From NCBI GenBank assembly GCA_051874735.1, contig JBJEGD010000026.1, positions 32,001-96,000 of the forward strand: a stretch of 64,000 nt of DNA, given 5' to 3'. Below are positions 58,743-64,000 of this stretch, in pieces. How positions within the stretch are numbered: the first letter of the stretch is position 1; each line of letters begins with the position of its first letter. The DNA is from Candidatus Bruticola sp. Lineage in GTDB: Bacteria; Vulcanimicrobiota; Xenobia; Xenobiales; Xenobiaceae. The notes under the pieces were generated by a model. That model was not told the origin of the DNA. It saw only the letters and a list, made by a program, of their open reading frames with translations, and searched no databases. Position numbers and translations under genes: made by a program.

Positions 58743-59070
58743 ATTAAGGCAGGAGGTTCATTAGTCTCAATAGAATCCACACAGGATACTTAGGCTGTCA
58801 GAAGGTTGGGATGGTCTTTTTGCTGAGGTTCCAACTTTTCGCGTAAGGTTGCTGTATGAGTTGTGTACATCAGCCGGGGGGAGGCGGGCCCTATTTGTTA
58901 TAGAGTCTTCTGGAGCAGCAGCTCCCAGAGATTTCTGTGCATATGGCGGTCTGGCACAATTGAGTCTCTTCTTTTCCCAAGGGGGAAGAGTCTTTTGTCA
59001 AAGATTGTAAGAAGAAGCTGCTTGCAGCTTCTTTCTAAGATTTAGAGGAACGGATAGCGAGATTTCGTTT

Positions 59071-60519
59071 ATGTTGAAGATTATCAAAAAGCAATTACCT
59101 GTAGAACTCAATGAGGAGATGGCTTCCAATTTGAGACAAAGCCTGCAGGCTCGTTACAACTCCTTACTCCATAGAGTTCGCTTGGAGTATTTGAACCGCT
59201 TAGGTTTAGAGCCTAACTCCTGCGATTTTATGAGCACTTTGAAAGATTCTCCTCTTATTTTAGGAGAACTCTTCCTGCCCGAAGCCGGTACTATTTTTTA
59301 TATAAAGGCTAAGCGGGGCGAAGGTCTTATTCAAGCCGGAGTCATTACCAATGACGAAACTCGTGACACTGATGAGTTCTTCAGCGAAGTACGCGACATT
59401 ATGTCCGGTATTTGTGATAATCTGCCCTCCTGGCAGATTTCGGCGGATTTGTTGCCTTTAGAAATAGAGGATGCTGAAGTTGAGCCTAATCCTGCCACAG
59501 AAGAACAGCTCGCTGCTGCTAAAATGCTGATGGATCGTGAATCCCGTCAGCTTCTAGAACAGATTAAAAATGCTGGTTCAATATTTTTGAATAAGATTGA
59601 GTGTCCTGATCGCGATCTGTTAGAAAGACGTATCCACAACTTCAAAGATTTAGGGCTCTTAAGTATGGATTACGCGGTACTCTGCCACCGAACTGGTCAG
59701 CAGATCCTGCGTGTTGCTGACAAAGCAACTATCGACGAAAGCTCCCAGAAGGCTTTCAAGTGCTTTATTTGCGGTAGTCAAATTTCTGATGAACTCATTG
59801 AAGAAGTTCTCGCTTGTACGGAATGTGGCGTTACTATGCTCAGTGACCGTACTTGGCTGCTCATTTTAGTAAGAGGTATTTTAGCTGAACTCGGGATCCC
59901 CAGCAGTGCTATGAAGATCTACCGCAGCAAAGAGCTCCCAGTTCAAATATTCCTTTCTATAAATGGGTTGCGTTATCTTTTAGTCCTTTGCACTGAACCC
60001 ATCACCTTAGATCAGGCTTATCTTATTGGCGCGCATTTAGCTGCCTACAAACTGGACAGTGCTATTATTATTTCTACGGAAAAAATTACTACTCTTATGC
60101 GTTCTCACTTGGAGCAGACCAGCCCCCGGGCTAAATTTGAGTTCTTGGATAAGATGGAAGATCTCAGTGCCCATTTGCAGCGTATAATTATCGATCAGCA
60201 GCGCGATTTCTTGAGCAAGCAGTTGGAAGATATGGTTTCTCTTACCAAGGTAGATATCTCTCCGTTAGTTTTGCAGCGCATGCTCCCTATTCCTGAAAAT
60301 TTAAAGGATGTAACTGTTAGAGATGAACCTGCTGCTTCAGTTCATGCTGAGGTAAGTGTTAGCGAAGCTATTAAAGTCAGCAAGCCTTCTTTAGGAAAAG
60401 CGGCTCTGTCTATTGAGCCTAAATCAGCTTTAAATGCTGAAACAGTCGTGGAAATCATTGAAGAAAGCGGCGCTCTGGAGATTCCTTCCAAAGGTTCTAA
60501 AAAGGGCAAAAAACATTAA
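59071..60519 (+). CDS. hypothetical protein with winged-helix-like and Cys-rich ribbon segments
   Basis: 482-aa ORF; CHRTG...CFICG...CTECG; GAGG upstream. Confidence 0.7.
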   Translation: MLKIIKKQLPVELNEEMASNLRQSLQARYNSLLHRVRLEYLNRLGLEPNSCDFMSTLKDSPLILGELFLPEAGTIFYIKAKRGEGLIQAGVITNDETRDTDEFFSEVRDIMSGICDNLPSWQISADLLPLEIEDAEVEPNPATEEQLAAAKMLMDRESRQLLEQIKNAGSIFLNKIECPDRDLLERRIHNFKDLGLLSMDYAVLCHRTGQQILRVADKATIDESSQKAFKCFICGSQISDELIEEVLACTECGVTMLSDRTWLLILVRGILAELGIPSSAMKIYRSKELPVQIFLSINGLRYLLVLCTEPITLDQAYLIGAHLAAYKLDSAIIISTEKITTLMRSHLEQTSPRAKFEFLDKMEDLSAHLQRIIIDQQRDFLSKQLEDMVSLTKVDISPLVLQRMLPIPENLKDVTVRDEPAASVHAEVSVSEAIKVSKPSLGKAALSIEPKSALNAETVVEIIEESGALEIPSKGSKKGKKH

Positions 60520-60665
60520 TTTAGCTGATTTTATAACTTTAGTATAAACTAGTGGTGGGGGACTGCAGGGGCTCTTCGTTTGCATAGCATCGGTGGGTCC
60601 CTGTGCTTTTTATGGTTCGGTTGAGTTCGTTCTTTAGCAAATAATTATTTTTAGAGGTGAACTTT

Positions 60666-63600
60666 ATGAAAGCAGTGATTATGGCCGGCGGTGAAGGCAC
60701 TCGTTTGCGTCCCTTAACAGTGAGTAGACCCAAACCGATGGTTCCTGTATGCAACCGTCCAGTTATGGAATATACTATAGACCTTTTAAAACGCTATGGT
60801 ATAGAGACCGTAGTTGTAACCCTTCACTACAAAGCTGAAGATATTATTTCCTACTTTGGAGATGGAACCGATTTCGGCCTAAAAATTGTTTATTCTATTG
60901 AAACTTCTCCTATGGGAACAGCGGGAAGCGTCAAGCAAATTCAAGACATAGTCGGAGACGATACTTTTTTAGTTATCAGCGGTGATGGACTTACCGATAT
61001 AGATTTGGGGCGAGCTGTGGCTTTTCATAAAGAGAAAAGAGCTACAGCTACTTTAGTGCTGATGCGTGTCAATAATCCCCTTGAGTATGGGGTGGTTATT
61101 ACAGATAAAAACAATGCTATTGAGCGTTTTTTAGAAAAGCCTTCTTGGGGCGAAGTTTTTTCCGATCAAGTTAATACTGGCATCTATATTTTAGAACCAG
61201 AAATTTTCAATTTAATGGAGAAAGGTCAAAGTTACGATTTCTCTCGTGACATCTTTCCCAAGCTTTTAGAACAGAAAAAAGGGCTGTATGGTTATGTCGC
61301 CTCAGGTTATTGGTGTGATATAGGCGATATAGACCATTATGCTGCGGCTCATCGAGACATGTTTGATGGCAAAGTTCTCCAAGAAATGGTGGGAACCCAA
61401 AGAGCAGACGGGGTATGGATTGGAGAAGGCACAAAAATAGATCCTACGGCTATTTTAGAAGCGCCTCTGATGATTGGGCGCAACTGCCGTATAGGAGCTC
61501 ATACTTACGTATCATCTTACACTTGTATTGGTGATAACTGCATTATTGAAGAAGATGTCAATCTGCAAAGGGATATTATCTTTAATAACGTTTTCATTGG
61601 CGGTAAAAGCAACTGTGTCGGTGCCATTATTTGTCGGCAGTGCACTATAAAACCGGGCGTTAGTTTAAATGACAGTTCTGTTATCGGTGAAAATGTTTTT
61701 ATCGGTCGCGGAGCCTCTGTAAGAAGTCAGATTTCTATTTGGCCTGATAAGAATATTCCTGATGGTTTAACTATTTCTGAAAATTTAGTGTGGGGTAAAA
61801 AGAATTCTGAAACGCTTTTCGGACGTGACAGTATCATCGGGCTAGGCAATTTAGAAATTACTCCTGAATTCGCCATGAAGCTAGGGGCCGCTTTTGGAAC
61901 TTTGCTTCCTAAAGAGTCTACAGTAACCGTTTCCCGAGATTCTCGCCCTGTCAGCCGTTTAATAAATAGGGCTATTATCAGCGGTCTGAGTTCAGTCGGT
62001 GTAAATACGCTCGATTTGCGTTTGCTGCCTGCAGCAGTGAGCCGGTATTTGGTTAGTCGGACTAAATCAGTAGGAGGGATTCATACGCGCGTTTACCGCG
62101 ATGAATCGCGTTTAGTAGAGATTGAATTTTTTGATGAATTGGGCATCAATATCGATAAAATTCGTCAACGTAAGGTTGAGAACTCCTTTATTCGCCAGGA
62201 TTTCCGCCGTACCGATGTAGATGAAGTCGGTATTATCAGCTACATGGATGCTAGTATAGACAAATATATAGAAGGCTTTATAAGTTGCTTAGATACTAGG
62301 AGTATCAAAAATGCCAATTTTAAAGTAGTAATCGATTACTCGTATGGAACCGCTTGTCAAGTTCTTCCTTTTATTCTAAATAAATTAGGAGTAGAAACTG
62401 TTTCTATAAATGCTTATGTCGATTACGACAAGGCTAGAGAAGCGCAGGCTAAGAAAGATGATGCCCTGCGTCAGCTGTCAAATATTGTCAAGCCAGTTGG
62501 GGCAGATTTGGGCATCATTATGGATGCAGATGCCGAACGTATCTATTTAGTGGACGAAGAAGGCTCCCCCATTAAAGGGACTAATCTGCTAGCTTTGCTT
62601 GCTTTAATGGTATTTAGGCATAGCAAGGATGCTTTAGTAGCTGTGCCAATCAGCGTCCCGGGAATTATGGAAAAATTGGCTCAGCAGCAGCATGGCAAAA
62701 TTATACGTACTAAAACTGACTATCGTTCAATTATGCACAGTGCTTTTGTCAGTGAAGGGCGCATTGCGTTAGCTGGAACTTCTTCTGGCGCTTTTGTTTT
62801 CCCTAAATTCTCTCCTGGTTTCGATGCCATGTTCCTTTTGGCCGAAATGCTGGAAATGATGGCTTTTGATAAGCGCAAACTGTCTGAAATAGCTAAAGTT
62901 ATACCTCCTCACTATTCTCTTTCCGGTAGTGTCGAATGTAACTGGTCAGAGAAAGCCAAAGTTATGCGCCTTCTAGTAGAGCGTTACCGTGATGAAAAGT
63001 TGGAACTCCTCGATGGAGTGCGCATCGATTTTGATGATGATTCATCTGTATTGATGGTGCCTCATCCTTCATTGGCTAGAATTAATGTCTGGACAGATGC
63101 TTCTTCTAAAGAAAGGGCTAAAGCATTAATGGAGAGGGCTCGTTTTGTGATTCCTCAGTTAGCTAATGCTGACGAGAATGCACTGTTGAAAGAGCGCAAA
63201 GAAGACGACAATCATAATTTAATTAGTCCTACTACCATTATTCCTGAAGAGCGTGCTTTCCATTTTTGGGTACCCGGACGTTATTTAGGCGTTCAAGTGC
63301 GTAGTTTGCGCAGTTTTATCGACGTGCTGCACTATATTGAGACGGCTTCGTTGGAATATCATATGGAACGCAACGATTTCGCCAACTGGCTCAGAACTGA
63401 GTTAGGAAGATACTTAGTGGCTCTCGATTTAGAACAGATAAGTAAAGCTCGCTACAAAGGAGAAGAACTGCGCTGCCATATTTTGGAATGTTTTGGCGAA
63501 GCAGCTTCTTCTGAGTCTAGTAATTCTGTTGAGCACAATGATGATTTTGAGGAAACTCACTTCAAAATTAACGAAGATCATCATAGTCAAGAAGTTGGCG

Positions 63601-63896
63601 GTATCAGGTTTATGTCTGATCATGTTGTAAATGATATCCAGAAGGGACACGATAAAGGAGCGGTTGCAGATGCTGCTGACAGCAACGATCCTAATTTAGG
63701 TTCAGCTATAGTGGTAGAAGAAGCTTCGAAAACTAATTTAGCTAGTAAACTAAATGATGAAGAGTTTACAACTCATAAAGGCGATTTATTGTCTGAAAAT
63801 CAAGACAGCCGCTCTAAAGCTAGTCCTGGAGCTTTGGAGACTGACGGAGGTCTGAAACTCGATAATTCTTTGTCTGGAGCTAAGGCTGAGCAATAA
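60666..63896 (+). CDS. mannose-1-phosphate guanylyltransferase / phosphomannomutase-like fusion with extra C-terminal domain
   Basis: MKAVIMAGGEGTRLRPLT, PKPM, EKP, YWCDIG, hexapeptide repeats, LFG..I.G..N..ITPE PMM fold, DUF5752-like tail; GAGG RBS before ATG 60666. Confidence 0.88.
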   Translation: MKAVIMAGGEGTRLRPLTVSRPKPMVPVCNRPVMEYTIDLLKRYGIETVVVTLHYKAEDIISYFGDGTDFGLKIVYSIETSPMGTAGSVKQIQDIVGDDTFLVISGDGLTDIDLGRAVAFHKEKRATATLVLMRVNNPLEYGVVITDKNNAIERFLEKPSWGEVFSDQVNTGIYILEPEIFNLMEKGQSYDFSRDIFPKLLEQKKGLYGYVASGYWCDIGDIDHYAAAHRDMFDGKVLQEMVGTQRADGVWIGEGTKIDPTAILEAPLMIGRNCRIGAHTYVSSYTCIGDNCIIEEDVNLQRDIIFNNVFIGGKSNCVGAIICRQCTIKPGVSLNDSSVIGENVFIGRGASVRSQISIWPDKNIPDGLTISENLVWGKKNSETLFGRDSIIGLGNLEITPEFAMKLGAAFGTLLPKESTVTVSRDSRPVSRLINRAIISGLSSVGVNTLDLRLLPAAVSRYLVSRTKSVGGIHTRVYRDESRLVEIEFFDELGINIDKIRQRKVENSFIRQDFRRTDVDEVGIISYMDASIDKYIEGFISCLDTRSIKNANFKVVIDYSYGTACQVLPFILNKLGVETVSINAYVDYDKAREAQAKKDDALRQLSNIVKPVGADLGIIMDADAERIYLVDEEGSPIKGTNLLALLALMVFRHSKDALVAVPISVPGIMEKLAQQQHGKIIRTKTDYRSIMHSAFVSEGRIALAGTSSGAFVFPKFSPGFDAMFLLAEMLEMMAFDKRKLSEIAKVIPPHYSLSGSVECNWSEKAKVMRLLVERYRDEKLELLDGVRIDFDDDSSVLMVPHPSLARINVWTDASSKERAKALMERARFVIPQLANADENALLKERKEDDNHNLISPTTIIPEERAFHFWVPGRYLGVQVRSLRSFIDVLHYIETASLEYHMERNDFANWLRTELGRYLVALDLEQISKARYKGEELRCHILECFGEAASSESSNSVEHNDDFEETHFKINEDHHSQEVGGIRFMSDHVVNDIQKGHDKGAVADAADSNDPNLGSAIVVEEASKTNLASKLNDEEFTTHKGDLLSENQDSRSKASPGALETDGGLKLDNSLSGAKAEQ

Positions 63897-64000
63897 TAGA
63901 TCAAAAACTGTTAGAGAAGATTAAATTCTCTATCTAAGCTCTTCTTAGAATTTTGGTAAAAGTTCTAACCGAGAAGAGCTCTTTTTTTATCCTAGGGGGG

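Overview
A 64 kb stretch of core bacterial chromosome, moderately AT-rich, with no visible integrase, IS, prophage or CRISPR array. It holds three tRNAs (Ile2-CAT, Glu-TTC, Val-TAC), mtnP, glnS, dnaX-yheU-phosphoesterase-ybaB-recR, a beta-barrel/TPR/lytic transglycosylase trio and a maltodextrin ABC operon divergent from gap-pgk-tpiA-secG. It also holds an S8 protease, superoxide reductase, an EF-G2-type fusA, ridA, three GT-C-like membrane proteins with ispE, thrS, a CPBP protease, a PAS-GAF-HATPase sensor and an apparently dead M14 peptidase. The last part has pit, a MerR-type regulator, a small flagellar cluster (fliK-like, flhB-like, flgF, flgG, flgJ-like, fliA), archaeal/eukaryote-type proS and a GMPP-PMM fusion. 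Gene content suggests an anaerobic diderm Terrabacteria lineage, possibly gut Candidatus Eremiobacterota (low-confidence inference). The most striking signals are non-coding. (1) glnS and thrS lack T-boxes, but each has a hairpin just upstream of the RBS whose 7-nt loop shows U plus the cognate anticodon (CUG for Gln, GGU for Thr) at -30 to -34, the geometry of the E. coli thrS translational operator. This suggests tRNA-mimic autoregulation extending to GlnRS. (2) A candidate sRNA of about 130 nt has a near-consensus sigma70 promoter, a terminator and an exposed anti-Shine-Dalgarno segment complementary to the RBS and start codon of the neighbouring flagellar operon. All calls come from manual reading; no searches or folding programs were run.
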